A stretch of DNA of 63,106 nt from Chloroflexota bacterium (GTDB taxonomy: Bacteria > Chloroflexota > Limnocylindria > Limnocylindrales > CSP1-4), in NCBI GenBank assembly GCA_032128175.1, contig JAQBHC010000098.1:1-63106 (forward strand). Direction: 5' to 3'. The notes under the pieces are model-generated. The model saw only the letters and a list, made by a program, of their open reading frames with translations. It was not told the DNA's origin and searched no databases. Of this stretch, positions 16,301 to 26,405 are shown piece after piece (position 1 is the stretch's first letter; each line of letters begins with the position of its first letter). A program made the position numbers and the translations under genes.

Positions 16301-18133
16301 TCAGGGGATCGGAGGCGGCGTGAACGCTGGCGTGGTCGTCCCCGTGACAATCACGATGTCGGCCGTCGTCGTGGGGTCGAGGACGAACTCCGCCGTGGCT
16401 CCAAACACGCCTTCGAGCGTGGCGATCGTGACCGGCATGCTGGCCTCGGCGCCGTTGTAGACCTGGATGATCGCCGTCGGCTGGCTGCCGCCCGTGGGCT
16501 TCTGTCCGGGCGCCGATGCGGCCATGCCGAGGAACTCGAGGTAGTCGGCGATCCCGCTGGCCTGGCCCGTCTTCCCGGAGCCATTCAGGACGTACACGGT
16601 CGCGCCCTCGAGGGCGAGCTTCTCCCGTCGGTCGGCACTGCCCGGGTCGGCATCGAACGCATCACGGACGGCGAGTCGGATTCGGTCCACGTTTGGCACG
16701 ATCGTGTAGCCACGAGGGCCCGTGCTGTCTTCGACCTGGTAATACGGTGGGGTGAAAACATACGATCGGAGATTTCGAGACGTGATGCCCTCCGCGAGCC
16801 CGAGCAACTGGGACGTCAGGCTGCGCGGGATATCGGTTCGGATCGAAGAGGCCAGGGCACCTGCCAGCTCGTCCACGTGGGGCAGGATCCGGGCGAAGTC
16901 GGCCTGCTGACGGAGCGAAAGCAGGATTCGCTGCTGCCGGGCGGCTCGATCGAAGTCGGTTGAACCGTGGCGCGAGCGAGCGTAGACGAGCGCGTCTGCG
17001 CCGCTCATGTACTGCATGCCCGAGGGAATGTAGACCCGGCGTGAAGCGCCTCCACCGGCCGGGTAGCGGTCATCCAGCACCGGCACCTGGACGTTGACGG
17101 TGACGCCACCGAGCGCATTGACGATCCGCTCGAAGCCCTCGAAATTGACTTCGACGTAGTACTTGATGTCGAGGCCGTAGAGCTCGCCGAGGATTGCCTT
17201 CAGCCCGGTGTAGCCCCGCGTCTCGTCCGTGCCCGGGAACAGGTCCGGGCGGTTCTGCACCGCGGCGAACCAGGCATTGATCTTGCCCGCGTAGACCGTG
17301 CCGAAGACCTTCCTCGCCGGCCCCGCCGGGATCGGAACGTCAACGGTGTCCCGCGGCAGCTGAAACATCGCGACCTGGTTGGTCAGCGGATCGATGGACA
17401 GGGTGATCATCGTGTCCGTGTTGTGACCACCGCCCTGCTCGTCGGCGCCAATGAGCAGGATGTTCAGCCGCTCGGTTCCGTTCCAGGGCACGACACTCTG
17501 TGAGGGCACCGGGCTCCCCACTGCCGGATCCGGCGTCGGAGTCGCGTCCGGGTCAGCGGAGGAATCAGCTGAAGGCGCCGGTGTAGCCCGGCAATCGGTC
17601 GCTTCCGGATCGAAGATGCACGCGGCCGTCGTGGCGAGGAGGGCGTCGTAGCGAGCGACCGCAACGTGGATCGTGCTCATGACCAGGAGCACCGCCACGA
17701 GGCCGGCCACCGAAGCCATCTGGAACCGAATCCCCGGTCGTCCTCGACCACGTCCAGCTCCAGCCTCGGTACGGTGTGGGCCGGTCTGGGTCGAGTCCAG
17801 CCAGCGCGCGATCCGCCAGGCATCGACGATTGCCGCGCCCCGGTAGGCCAGGGCGATGAGGTTGACGACGTAGAGCCCGCCGATGAACCACTCCTGGATC
17901 GCGAGGCCGGCGACATCGAACAGGTCGAGTCGAACGGCGATCCCGGCGACGAGGGACCCGATGAGGATCGGCGGCGCGGCCAGCCCGAGCGCGCGGCGGT
18001 ACGCGCCGAGATAGGCATGGCCAAGGCCGGGGAAGAGGAGAGACAGGAACGCGGCGACAAATGCAGATCGTCGGCGCGGCCGCATCTCGTGCGCGGTCTG
18101 CATCGCGGGTAGGATACTCGGACCCGTCGTCAA
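16301..18133 (-). CDS. LCP (LytR-CpsA-Psr) family cell-envelope protein with N-terminal multi-TM region and C-terminal LytR_C-like domain
   Basis: LNILLIGADEQGGGHNTDTMITLSIDP...FQLPRDT...YARSRH core. N-terminal TM helices. Start could be a later Met (18103 or 18085). Confidence 0.85.
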   Translation of the reverse strand: MTTGPSILPAMQTAHEMRPRRRSAFVAAFLSLLFPGLGHAYLGAYRRALGLAAPPILIGSLVAGIAVRLDLFDVAGLAIQEWFIGGLYVVNLIALAYRGAAIVDAWRIARWLDSTQTGPHRTEAGAGRGRGRPGIRFQMASVAGLVAVLLVMSTIHVAVARYDALLATTAACIFDPEATDCRATPAPSADSSADPDATPTPDPAVGSPVPSQSVVPWNGTERLNILLIGADEQGGGHNTDTMITLSIDPLTNQVAMFQLPRDTVDVPIPAGPARKVFGTVYAGKINAWFAAVQNRPDLFPGTDETRGYTGLKAILGELYGLDIKYYVEVNFEGFERIVNALGGVTVNVQVPVLDDRYPAGGGASRRVYIPSGMQYMSGADALVYARSRHGSTDFDRAARQQRILLSLRQQADFARILPHVDELAGALASSIRTDIPRSLTSQLLGLAEGITSRNLRSYVFTPPYYQVEDSTGPRGYTIVPNVDRIRLAVRDAFDADPGSADRREKLALEGATVYVLNGSGKTGQASGIADYLEFLGMAASAPGQKPTGGSQPTAIIQVYNGAEASMPVTIATLEGVFGATAEFVLDPTTTADIVIVTGTTTPAFTPPPIP

Positions 18134-18201
18134 TCGCGCCCCGGCGGATCGGCCACGGTGCCGAACGCGCGGCGGCCGCTCAGCTCACCTCGCGAGGCCA
18201 G

Positions 18202-21200
18202 ATGTTCCGACCCGTACCGACGCGCCCGGATCTCGTTGCCATGGAGCACGAGACCCTTGCCTTTTGGCGGGACCGCGGCACGTTTGCGGAGCTGCGAGCA
18301 CAGAACGCGGCGGGCCCGCGCTGGAGCTTCCTGGACGGCCCGATCACGGCCAACAACCCGATGGGCGTCCATCACGCCTGGGGTCGGACGTACAAGGACC
18401 TGTTTCAGCGCTTTCACGCCATGCTCGGCGAGGCGCAGCGATGGCAGAATGGCTTCGATTGCCAGGGGCTGTGGGTCGAGGTGAACGTCGAGAAGGACCT
18501 CGGCTTCACGAGCAAGCGCGATATCGAGGCCTACGGGATCGCCGAGTTCGTGAGCCTGTGCAAGCAGCGCGTCCTCACCTACGCCGCGCGCCAGACGGAG
18601 CAGTCGATCCGGCTCGGCTACTGGACGGATTGGAATGATCCTGACGAGCTGCGCCGGCTGCGGGATCTGCTGGCCGCCGATCCCAACCAGGTCGTGACCG
18701 TCGAGGGCCCACGAGGGCCCGTCACCGACACGGTGGAGATGATCATCGGTCGGCTGGGGATGCCCGAGCTTGGGGGCAGCTACTTCACCTTCAGCAACGA
18801 GAACAACGACCTGATCTGGGGCTTCCTCGCGGAATGCCATCGGCGCGGCTGGATCTACAAGGGCCACGACACGATGCCGTGGTGCGCTCGCTGCGGGACG
18901 GGCATCAGCCAGCACGAGATGACCGAGGGATACCAGGACCGTGACGATCCGGGCCTCACCGTCCGCTTCCCGCTCCTCGATCGGCCGGGCGAGTCACTAC
19001 TCGTCTGGACCACGACGCCCTGGACGCTGACCTCGAACGTGGCCGCGGCCGTGGGCGCGGAGGTGCCGTACGTTCGAGTCCGGCACGGATCGGATGAATT
19101 CTGGCTGGGTAAGGGGACCATCAAGACGACGCTCGATGGGCCCGTCGAGGTCCTGGAGGAGCGGCCGGGCCGGGAGCTGGTCGGGTGGCGCTACTCCGGC
19201 CCGTTTGACGAGTTGCCGGCGGTTCGGGCGGCCTTCGCCGAGGGGACCCGCGATGAACCCGGGTTGCCGTACGTCCACCGCGTGGTGGAATGGGCCGAGG
19301 TCGGGGAGGACGAGGGGACGGGGATCGTCCACATCGCGCCCGGGTGCGGCGCGGAGGACTACGCCCTCGGCAAGACCCTCGGGCTGCCGATCATCGCCCC
19401 GCTCGACGAGTCCGGCATCTTCCTGGACGGCTTCGGTGCCCTGACCGGGCGAGACGTCCGTGACGTCACGGAGCCGATCGTGGAGCACCTGCGCGCGGCG
19501 GGTCGCTTCCAGCGGCTGGAGACCATTCGCCACCGCTACCCACACTGCTGGCGCTGTGGCACGGCGCTCGTGTTCCGGCTCGTCGATGAGTGGTACATCA
19601 GCATGGGCGAGGTCTACGACCAGCCGCGGGAGACACTTTCCAGGGAGCAGGTGGACGCGAGCCTGCGGTACCAGATCATGGACGTCGTGGACGGGATCCG
19701 ATGGATCCCGGGCTTCGGCTACGAGCGCGAGCTCGACTGGCTGCTCAACATGCACGACTGGATGATCAGCAAGAAGCGCTACTGGGGCTTGGCGCTGCCG
19801 ATCTACGTGTGCTCGGACTGCGAAGCTTTCGATGTTATCGGTGGGCGCGGCGAGCTGCAGGAGCGAGCGGTGTCCGGGTGGGAGCAGTTCGAGGGGCATA
19901 CGCCGCATCGCCCGTATGTCGATGAAGTGATGATCGCGTGCCGAGCATGCGGCGGGAACGCCCGCCGGATTCTCGATGTCGGCAATCCCTGGCTGGATGC
20001 GGGAATCGTCCCGTTCTCGACCCTGCACTTCCGTGAGGAGCCCGAGTACTGGGCGCAATGGTTCCCCGCGGACTTCATCACCGAGAGCTTTCCCGGCCAG
20101 TTCCGCAACTGGTTCTACGCCATGCTGGCGATGAGCACCGTTCTCCGGCGCGAGGCGCCGTTCAAGACGATCTTCGGGTACGCGACCCTCTTTGCTGAGG
20201 ACGGCCGGGCGATGCATAAATCGTGGGGCAACGCGATCGAATTCGACGAGGCCGCCGAGCGAATGGGCGTCGACGTCATGCGTTGGCTGTACATGTCCTC
20301 GCGGCCGGATGACAACATCCTGTTCGGGTGGCACGCGGCCGACGATGCCCGCCGGCGGCTGCTCGTGCTCTGGAACGTGTATGCCTTCTTCGGGACATAC
20401 GCCCGCCTTTCGGGATGGGCTCCCGGCCCGGACGATCCGCCCGTGGCGGAGCGATCGCCGATGGATCGCTGGATCCTGTCACGGTCCGCCGGACTCGCGG
20501 CAGCGGTCGAGGAGCGGCTGCGTGATTACGACGCGCTCGGAGCGACGCGTCTCATCGACACGTTCATCGACGATATCTCGACCTGGTACCTGCGCCTGTC
20601 GCGTAAGCGCTTCTCACGCGGGACCGGCGCGGACCGTGCCGCGGCCTTTGCAACGCTGCACAGCGCCCTTCTGGCCGTCGCCCGCGTCGCGGCCCCGATC
20701 CTCCCGTTCGTTGCCGAGGAGATCTACGGCAACCTTGTTCTCGGCGTGGATCCTGGGGCGCCGCATTCGGTCCACCTGACCACTTTTCCGACGGCCGAGT
20801 TCGCCGCGTGGAGATCTGAACCGCTAGAAGCCGGCATGGCTATCGCCCGCCGCGCCGTTGACCTGGCACGCACCCTGCGCGGCACCGCGGGCCTCAAGGT
20901 CCGCCAGCCGCTGGCGCGACTCTGGCTCGCCCTGCCCGGCGGCAACCTGCACGAGCTCGAGGCGCTCGTGGCGCTCGTCGCGGAGGAGGTCAACGTCCGG
21001 CAGGTCGAATTGATCGGTGACGAGTCGACGCTCGTGGAGCGTCGCGTCAAGGTGCTCCTGCCCAAGGTGGGCAAGCGGCTCGGTTCGGCGATTCCAGGGG
21101 TCATGGCCGCGGCGCGCGACGGTCAGGTCGATTTCCTCGCCGATGGGTCGATTGCCCTGGCCGGCGTGATCCTGGCCCCTGACGAAGTTGAGATCGTGGC

Positions 21201-21546
21201 CTCACCGCGGCCCGGGACGGCGGTCGCCCACGACCATGGGCTGGTGGTCGTCATCGACACCGAACTGACCGCCGATCTTCGTGCCGAAGGCGATGCACGT
21301 GAGCTGCAGCGAGCGATCCAGGACCTTCGCAAGGAGGCCGGACTCGAACTTGATGATCGCATCGATCTCTACGTCGATAACGTGGCCCCGAACGTCGCCG
21401 AGTACCTCAGCGCCGTCGCGACCGAGACGCTGGCCGACCTCGTGTCTGAAGCGCCAGCCGGCGCGCTGACGGTAACCGTTGAGCTCGATGGTGGTGCTGC
21501 GACCATCTCCATCCGTCGCGGCGGCCGTGGAGCGTCTCGGGAATGA
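18202..21546 (+). CDS. ileS: isoleucyl-tRNA synthetase
   Basis: 1114 aa. HIGH-type GVHHAWGR, FDCQGLWVE, KMSKS-type AMHKSWGNA, Zn-Cys pairs. ATG 18202 chosen, since the ORF-track upstream extension overlaps the divergent LCP gene. Confidence 0.92.
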   Translation: MFRPVPTRPDLVAMEHETLAFWRDRGTFAELRAQNAAGPRWSFLDGPITANNPMGVHHAWGRTYKDLFQRFHAMLGEAQRWQNGFDCQGLWVEVNVEKDLGFTSKRDIEAYGIAEFVSLCKQRVLTYAARQTEQSIRLGYWTDWNDPDELRRLRDLLAADPNQVVTVEGPRGPVTDTVEMIIGRLGMPELGGSYFTFSNENNDLIWGFLAECHRRGWIYKGHDTMPWCARCGTGISQHEMTEGYQDRDDPGLTVRFPLLDRPGESLLVWTTTPWTLTSNVAAAVGAEVPYVRVRHGSDEFWLGKGTIKTTLDGPVEVLEERPGRELVGWRYSGPFDELPAVRAAFAEGTRDEPGLPYVHRVVEWAEVGEDEGTGIVHIAPGCGAEDYALGKTLGLPIIAPLDESGIFLDGFGALTGRDVRDVTEPIVEHLRAAGRFQRLETIRHRYPHCWRCGTALVFRLVDEWYISMGEVYDQPRETLSREQVDASLRYQIMDVVDGIRWIPGFGYERELDWLLNMHDWMISKKRYWGLALPIYVCSDCEAFDVIGGRGELQERAVSGWEQFEGHTPHRPYVDEVMIACRACGGNARRILDVGNPWLDAGIVPFSTLHFREEPEYWAQWFPADFITESFPGQFRNWFYAMLAMSTVLRREAPFKTIFGYATLFAEDGRAMHKSWGNAIEFDEAAERMGVDVMRWLYMSSRPDDNILFGWHAADDARRRLLVLWNVYAFFGTYARLSGWAPGPDDPPVAERSPMDRWILSRSAGLAAAVEERLRDYDALGATRLIDTFIDDISTWYLRLSRKRFSRGTGADRAAAFATLHSALLAVARVAAPILPFVAEEIYGNLVLGVDPGAPHSVHLTTFPTAEFAAWRSEPLEAGMAIARRAVDLARTLRGTAGLKVRQPLARLWLALPGGNLHELEALVALVAEEVNVRQVELIGDESTLVERRVKVLLPKVGKRLGSAIPGVMAAARDGQVDFLADGSIALAGVILAPDEVEIVASPRPGTAVAHDHGLVVVIDTELTADLRAEGDARELQRAIQDLRKEAGLELDDRIDLYVDNVAPNVAEYLSAVATETLADLVSEAPAGALTVTVELDGGAATISIRRGGRGASRE

Positions 21547-22082
21547 CCATCGGGCGGACGGATCGACCGTACTGGCTTTCGTTCCTGGCGCTGGTGAGCG
21601 CAATCATCGCCGTGGACCAGGCCACCAAAGCCTGGATTACCGCCGAACTCACGGGTGGACGCACGATCGTCTTCCTCGATGGGGCGCTCCGGCTGATCTA
21701 CTCGGAGAACAACGGGGCCCTGTTCGGGCTGTTTCGGGGCCAGGCTGGCTTGTTCGCCGCGCTGAGCATCGGCGTGATCGCGATGATCGTGGTCTTCCAC
21801 GCTCGCTCCGGAAGGAGCGCCTACATGACCCTGACCCTCGGGCTCCTGCTCGGGGGCGCCATCGGGAACGCGATTGACCGGTTGCGGCTTGGCTACGTCA
21901 TCGATTTCGTGGATGGGGGCCTGGGTGACATCCGCTTCTATACCTTTAACGTGGCTGATGCCTGCATCAGCGGGGCCATCCTGCTGCTCATCGCCTCGGC
22001 GATCAGGCCGTCACTGGCGGGCCAGCCCCGAGCGATTGCGCCATCGAATCCGAAGACCGCCGAGCCGCTGACCCATGAGTGA
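21543..22082 (+). CDS. lspA: lipoprotein signal peptidase II
   Basis: ENNGALFG, IDFVD and FNVADACISGAILLL motifs. ATGA overlap with the ileS stop. Confidence 0.9.
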   Translation: MTIGRTDRPYWLSFLALVSAIIAVDQATKAWITAELTGGRTIVFLDGALRLIYSENNGALFGLFRGQAGLFAALSIGVIAMIVVFHARSGRSAYMTLTLGLLLGGAIGNAIDRLRLGYVIDFVDGGLGDIRFYTFNVADACISGAILLLIASAIRPSLAGQPRAIAPSNPKTAEPLTHE

Positions 22083-23031
22083 TTCCGCATCCGGCGCACC
22101 CGGCATCCACGTCCTCGTCGTGCCGCCTGAGATGGCGGCGACTCGGGTGGACCGTTTCGTGACCGACCGGACTGGCCTCTCACGGAGCCACGTCCAGAAG
22201 CTCATCACGGAGGGGCGACTCACCGCCGGCGACAAGATCCTCCGGTCGAATGCCATGGTTGATCCCGGCAGCGAGCTTCGATTCGAGATCCCAGAGCCAA
22301 CCGCCGCCACCCCGCTCGCCCAGCCGGAGATCGATGTCGTAGTCGTCTATGAGGATGACGATCTGCTCATCGTCGACAAGCCCTCCGGTCTTGTTGTGCA
22401 TCCGGCGCCCGGGCATGCCGACGGAACGCTCGTCAACGCGCTCCTTGGCCGGGCTGGGGCGGATGGATTCGGTGGCATCGCCGGCGTTCGTCGACCGGGG
22501 ATCGTGCACCGGCTCGATCGCGACACGAGTGGCCTCCTGATGGTGGCACGGACCGATCTTGCCCAACACAGCCTGATGGCCCAGCTGAAGGCGCGCCGGA
22601 TCAAGAAGACCTATCTGGCCCTGGTGCAGGGTTCGGTGGCCGCGGCCGTCGGTCGGATCGAGGCCCCGATCGGGCGGGACCCGAAGCATCGAACCCGCAT
22701 GGGCGTAGTCCCCGACGGCCGTCCGGCGACGACCGGATACCGGGTCACCGAGCGATTTGCTGCGTGGACCCTCCTCGAACTCGATCTTGTCACTGGGCGC
22801 ACCCATCAGATCCGGGTGCACCTGGACGCGATCGGGCACCCCGTGGCGGGCGATCGGGTCTACGGCACCGGGACGTCGGCGCGGGGGCCGGCGGGTCTGG
22901 AGCGGCTCTTCCTCCATGCCTGGCGCCTCGAGTTGACTTCTCCATCGACCGGCTCGTTGATCCGCGCCAGTGCCCCATTGCCGCCTGAACTTGAAGTGGT
23001 CCTCGCGGACCTCCGGGTCAGGGCCACATGA
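22075..23031 (+). CDS. rluD: RluA-family 23S rRNA pseudouridine synthase (RluD-like)
   Basis: S4-like N-terminus, HRLDRDTSGLLMVA and GRTHQIRVH motifs. Confidence 0.9.
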   Translation: MSDSASGAPGIHVLVVPPEMAATRVDRFVTDRTGLSRSHVQKLITEGRLTAGDKILRSNAMVDPGSELRFEIPEPTAATPLAQPEIDVVVVYEDDDLLIVDKPSGLVVHPAPGHADGTLVNALLGRAGADGFGGIAGVRRPGIVHRLDRDTSGLLMVARTDLAQHSLMAQLKARRIKKTYLALVQGSVAAAVGRIEAPIGRDPKHRTRMGVVPDGRPATTGYRVTERFAAWTLLELDLVTGRTHQIRVHLDAIGHPVAGDRVYGTGTSARGPAGLERLFLHAWRLELTSPSTGSLIRASAPLPPELEVVLADLRVRAT

Positions 23032-23687
23032 CCAATCTCGAAGCGCGCCAAGGGCCCGAGCCAGCCGGCGACGATGTGGGGCTCGGCGCGCCCGGCGCGC
23101 TCCTCGTGATCCTCTCGGGCCCGTCCGGCGTGGGCAAGGACAGCGTCATCGATGCCCTGCGGGCCGAGCCTCGAGTTCCTGACTATCACTACGTCGTGAC
23201 CTGCACGACGCGTCCGCGCCGCGAGTACGAGATCGAGGGTGTCCACTACCGGTTCCTGACGGCCGAGGCGTTCAATGAGCTCAACGACGCGGGTGAACTC
23301 CTCGAGGCCAGCGAGGTCCATGGCAACTGGTACGGCACCCCGCGCGCCGGAGTCCGAGCGGCGCTCCGGAATGGCCACGACGTGATCCTCAAGATCGACG
23401 TGCAGGGGGCAGCGGTTGTCAAGCAGCGGGTAACCGATGCCCTGCTGATCTTCCTGGTCCCGCCGTCCCTCGAGGACCTCTTCCAGCGGCTCCGGTCACG
23501 GGCGACGGAATCGGCCGGTGAGCTTGGCATCCGCCAGCGAAACGCGGCTGTCGAGCTTGCCCGGCAGGAGGACTACGACCACGTGGTGGTCAACGAGACC
23601 GGCCAGATCGCCCGAACGGCGACACGGATCCACGAGATCATCCTCGAGGAGAAGGCGGCCGCCCCGCAGCGTCGGACCCGGATCTAG
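23028..23687 (+). CDS. gmk: guanylate kinase
   Basis: P-loop SGPSGVGKDSV, TTRPRREYEIEGVHYRF. Confidence 0.92.
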   Translation: MTNLEARQGPEPAGDDVGLGAPGALLVILSGPSGVGKDSVIDALRAEPRVPDYHYVVTCTTRPRREYEIEGVHYRFLTAEAFNELNDAGELLEASEVHGNWYGTPRAGVRAALRNGHDVILKIDVQGAAVVKQRVTDALLIFLVPPSLEDLFQRLRSRATESAGELGIRQRNAAVELARQEDYDHVVVNETGQIARTATRIHEIILEEKAAAPQRRTRI

Positions 23688-23701
23688 CGGCGGTTCGCCA
23701 G

Positions 23702-26293
23702 ATGGCCACCGAGCCTGACCAGAAGACCCTCGGGCTCCCCGACGAAGGAGACGGTTTCAGCAACATGGACTCGGTGGACTCGGCGGACTCGGCGGACTCG
23801 GCGCCTGGCGGTCGGCTCGTGGCCGTCGCCGTCGATGCCGCCGGTGCCGCCGGCGATCGGGCATTCACCTACCGGGTACCGCCCAGACTCGAGCCCCTCG
23901 ACGACGGCGAGGCCGTGCTGGTCGAGTTCGGGCGTCGTCAGGCCCTCGGCATCGTCTTCGGGCCGGCAACGGCTGCGGCCGGGATCGTCGTCAAGCCGAT
24001 CGTGGATCGCGTCCGGGCCGACGGCCCGCTCCTCCCGGCCTCGTCGCTCGAGCTCGCCAGAGATATCGCAACGACCTATCTCGCACCACCCGCACTCGTC
24101 CTTCGCGCGATGCTGCCACCAGGCCTGCTCGAGCGGCTCGAATTGGTCGCCGAACGGCGCCCGGACGAGGGCTCGGAGGCCAACGGCGGTCCGGCCAATG
24201 GCGGTCCGGCCAACGGCGGGCCGCAACATGGCGCCGCGGTGCCGCTGGAACCGGCCGATCAGGCAATGCTCGATCAGCTCGGGGATGGCCCGCGCGCCGT
24301 ACGGCGCCTCCACGGTGCCGAGGGGCGGGCGGGTCTCCTACGCCGCCTTCGGGCGCTTCGGGCGGCTGGCCGGATCGATCTCGACTGGACGCTTCTGGAC
24401 GCGGGCGCCGCGCCCCGGTACAGCCGGGTGGTGCGTCTGGCCGAGGGAGATCCGGCGGCGCTTCAGGCGCCCGGCGTACGGCCGGCCCGGCGGCTCGGAC
24501 CACGTCAGGTCGCGGCCCTCGAGGATCTCACCCGCGTGGGCTCCGAGGGGATCGCGGCGGCTGATCTGGCGCGGCGGCACGGCGGTTCGGTTGTTGGCAC
24601 CCTGGCCGCTCGCGGGCGCGTGACCGTCCACTCGGTCGAGGTACCGCGGCGTCCCCTGAGCGGCCGAGCCCCGGGTCGGCGTGGAGCGCGGCCACCCGCG
24701 GCGTCGCTGAGCGCAGAACAGGCCGCTGCGGTCGGGGCAATCCGCGCGGCGCTGGCGTCGCGCGATTCGACGCCGATCCTCCTCGACGGGGTTACCGGTG
24801 GCGGCAAGACGGCGATCTACAGCGCCGCCATCGAGGCCTGCCTGGAAGGGCAGCGGCGCGCTTTGGTACTTGTGCCGGAAATTGCGCTCGCCCTGCCGCT
24901 GGTCGATCGGCTACGGGCCGACCTCGCGCTGGACATGGGTCTCGTCCATTCCGGACTCTCCGAGGGGGAGCGCTCCGACGAGTGGCGCCGGATCCGGGCC
25001 GGCGTCGTTGACGTCGTCGTCGGCACTCGCCTGGCCATCCTCGCCCCGATGGACGGCCTTGGCCTGATCATCGTGGACGAGGAGCACGACCCGGCGTACA
25101 AGAGCGATCGCACGCCTCGAATTCAGGCTCGGGACACCGCGATCCGCCTCGGGCGCCTGACCGGCGCGACGGTGGTCCTGGGTTCCGCAACCCCGGCGGT
25201 TGAAACTGAGGGCCGGGCCCGAGATGGTTCGTATCAGCGGTTTCGCCTGACCGACCGACTGTCCGGACGACCACCGGCGATCGAGGTCGTCGACCTCCGT
25301 GAGGAACTCGCGGCGGGGCAGCGCGGGATGCTTTCCCGCGCCCTCGTCTCAGCCCTGGCCGCGCTCGACCGCAGCGCGGGAGACCAGGCCCTGCTCGTGA
25401 TCAACCGACGCGGATCAGCATCGGTGGTCCTGTGCCGGGACTGCGGGACGGTACAGGCCTGTCCGGAGTGCACGCGGCCGCTCGTCTACCACCAGGCGGG
25501 GGTCACGTTGCGCTGCCATCACTGCGGCCGGGCGACGCCGCTTGCCACGCGCTGCCCAAACTGCCGGTCGGCACGAATCCGCTACCTCGGCGGGGGAACC
25601 GAGCGCCTGGAGCGCGAAGTCCGTGTGGCGTTCCCGGACCATCGCGTCGCTCGCCTCGATCGGGATGTCGTCGTCCGGCGCGGGGCCGCGGCGCGAATCC
25701 TCGACGACCTGGCCGACGGGCGCCTCGACATTCTCGTCGGCACCAGCCTGATCACCAAGGGCATCGACGTCCCCGGGATCACCCTGGTCGGGATCGTGTC
25801 GGCTGATGTTGCCCTGAACCTTCCCGACGAGCGGGCGGCTGAGCGGACCTACCAGCTCCTGGCCCAGGCCGTTGGTCGGGCGGGCAGGGGAGAGCGGCCG
25901 GGACGAGCCGTGCTCCAGACCTACCAGCCGATGCACCCGGCGATCCGGGCTGTTGAGACGGCCGACCCGGCGGCCTTCTACGACGCAGAACTGACCCTCC
26001 GCCGCCGGTTTGGGTCTCCCCCGTTTGGACGACTGGTGAAGCTGACCGTGGCGTTGCCCGATCGGGACGCGGCCGAGGCCGCCGGCGCGGCGTTCGCTGA
26101 CCGGCTGCGCATACGGGCGCTGGAGATCAACGTGCAGGTCGACGTGTTCGGTCCCGCACCGGCCTACATCGCGCGTCGCGCCGATCGCTGGCGTTTCAAC
26201 GTCGTCCTCAGAGGGGAAGATCCTCTCCTGGTCCTGGGGGACCCGCCCGGGCTGCCGTGGTCCGTGGACGTCGACCCAGAATCACTACTCTGA
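23702..26293 (+). CDS. priA: primosomal replication-restart helicase PriA
   Basis: GVTGGGKT, DEEHD, Cys-rich Zn region CRDCGTVQACPECTRPLVYHQAGVTLRCHHCG...CPNC, GTSLITKG. Confidence 0.93.
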   Translation: MATEPDQKTLGLPDEGDGFSNMDSVDSADSADSAPGGRLVAVAVDAAGAAGDRAFTYRVPPRLEPLDDGEAVLVEFGRRQALGIVFGPATAAAGIVVKPIVDRVRADGPLLPASSLELARDIATTYLAPPALVLRAMLPPGLLERLELVAERRPDEGSEANGGPANGGPANGGPQHGAAVPLEPADQAMLDQLGDGPRAVRRLHGAEGRAGLLRRLRALRAAGRIDLDWTLLDAGAAPRYSRVVRLAEGDPAALQAPGVRPARRLGPRQVAALEDLTRVGSEGIAAADLARRHGGSVVGTLAARGRVTVHSVEVPRRPLSGRAPGRRGARPPAASLSAEQAAAVGAIRAALASRDSTPILLDGVTGGGKTAIYSAAIEACLEGQRRALVLVPEIALALPLVDRLRADLALDMGLVHSGLSEGERSDEWRRIRAGVVDVVVGTRLAILAPMDGLGLIIVDEEHDPAYKSDRTPRIQARDTAIRLGRLTGATVVLGSATPAVETEGRARDGSYQRFRLTDRLSGRPPAIEVVDLREELAAGQRGMLSRALVSALAALDRSAGDQALLVINRRGSASVVLCRDCGTVQACPECTRPLVYHQAGVTLRCHHCGRATPLATRCPNCRSARIRYLGGGTERLEREVRVAFPDHRVARLDRDVVVRRGAAARILDDLADGRLDILVGTSLITKGIDVPGITLVGIVSADVALNLPDERAAERTYQLLAQAVGRAGRGERPGRAVLQTYQPMHPAIRAVETADPAAFYDAELTLRRRFGSPPFGRLVKLTVALPDRDAAEAAGAAFADRLRIRALEINVQVDVFGPAPAYIARRADRWRFNVVLRGEDPLLVLGDPPGLPWSVDVDPESLL
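23767..23802 (+). repeat. 9-nt in-frame tandem repeat GGACTCGGY x4 in the priA 5' region (encodes DSV-DSA-DSA-DSA)
   Basis: Read directly from sequence. Confidence 0.9.
24178..24222 (+). repeat. 15-nt in-frame tandem repeat GGCCAAYGGCGGKCC x3 in priA (encodes ANGGP x3)
   Basis: Read directly from sequence. Confidence 0.9.
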
Positions 26294-26405
26294 CGAGCAC
26301 GCACCACCCCTCGACGCGATCGCTGCCGTGCAGGGAAACCCAAACGGACGACAATGGAGCGACAACACACAGTCCGCGACGGCGCGGACGAGGAGGACAT
26401 GGATC

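Noticed and set aside
18134-18201. T-box or other riboswitch upstream of ileS.
   Set aside because: The intergenic region is only 68 nt, giving a leader of at most about 80 nt. That is far too short for a T-box, and no specifier or terminator architecture is visible.
23767-24222. The tandem repeats in priA, and at 48772-48843, as a possible CRISPR-like or regulatory array.
   Set aside because: The units are contiguous with no spacers, have 2-4 copies, and are in frame within coding sequence. They are simple tandem duplications.
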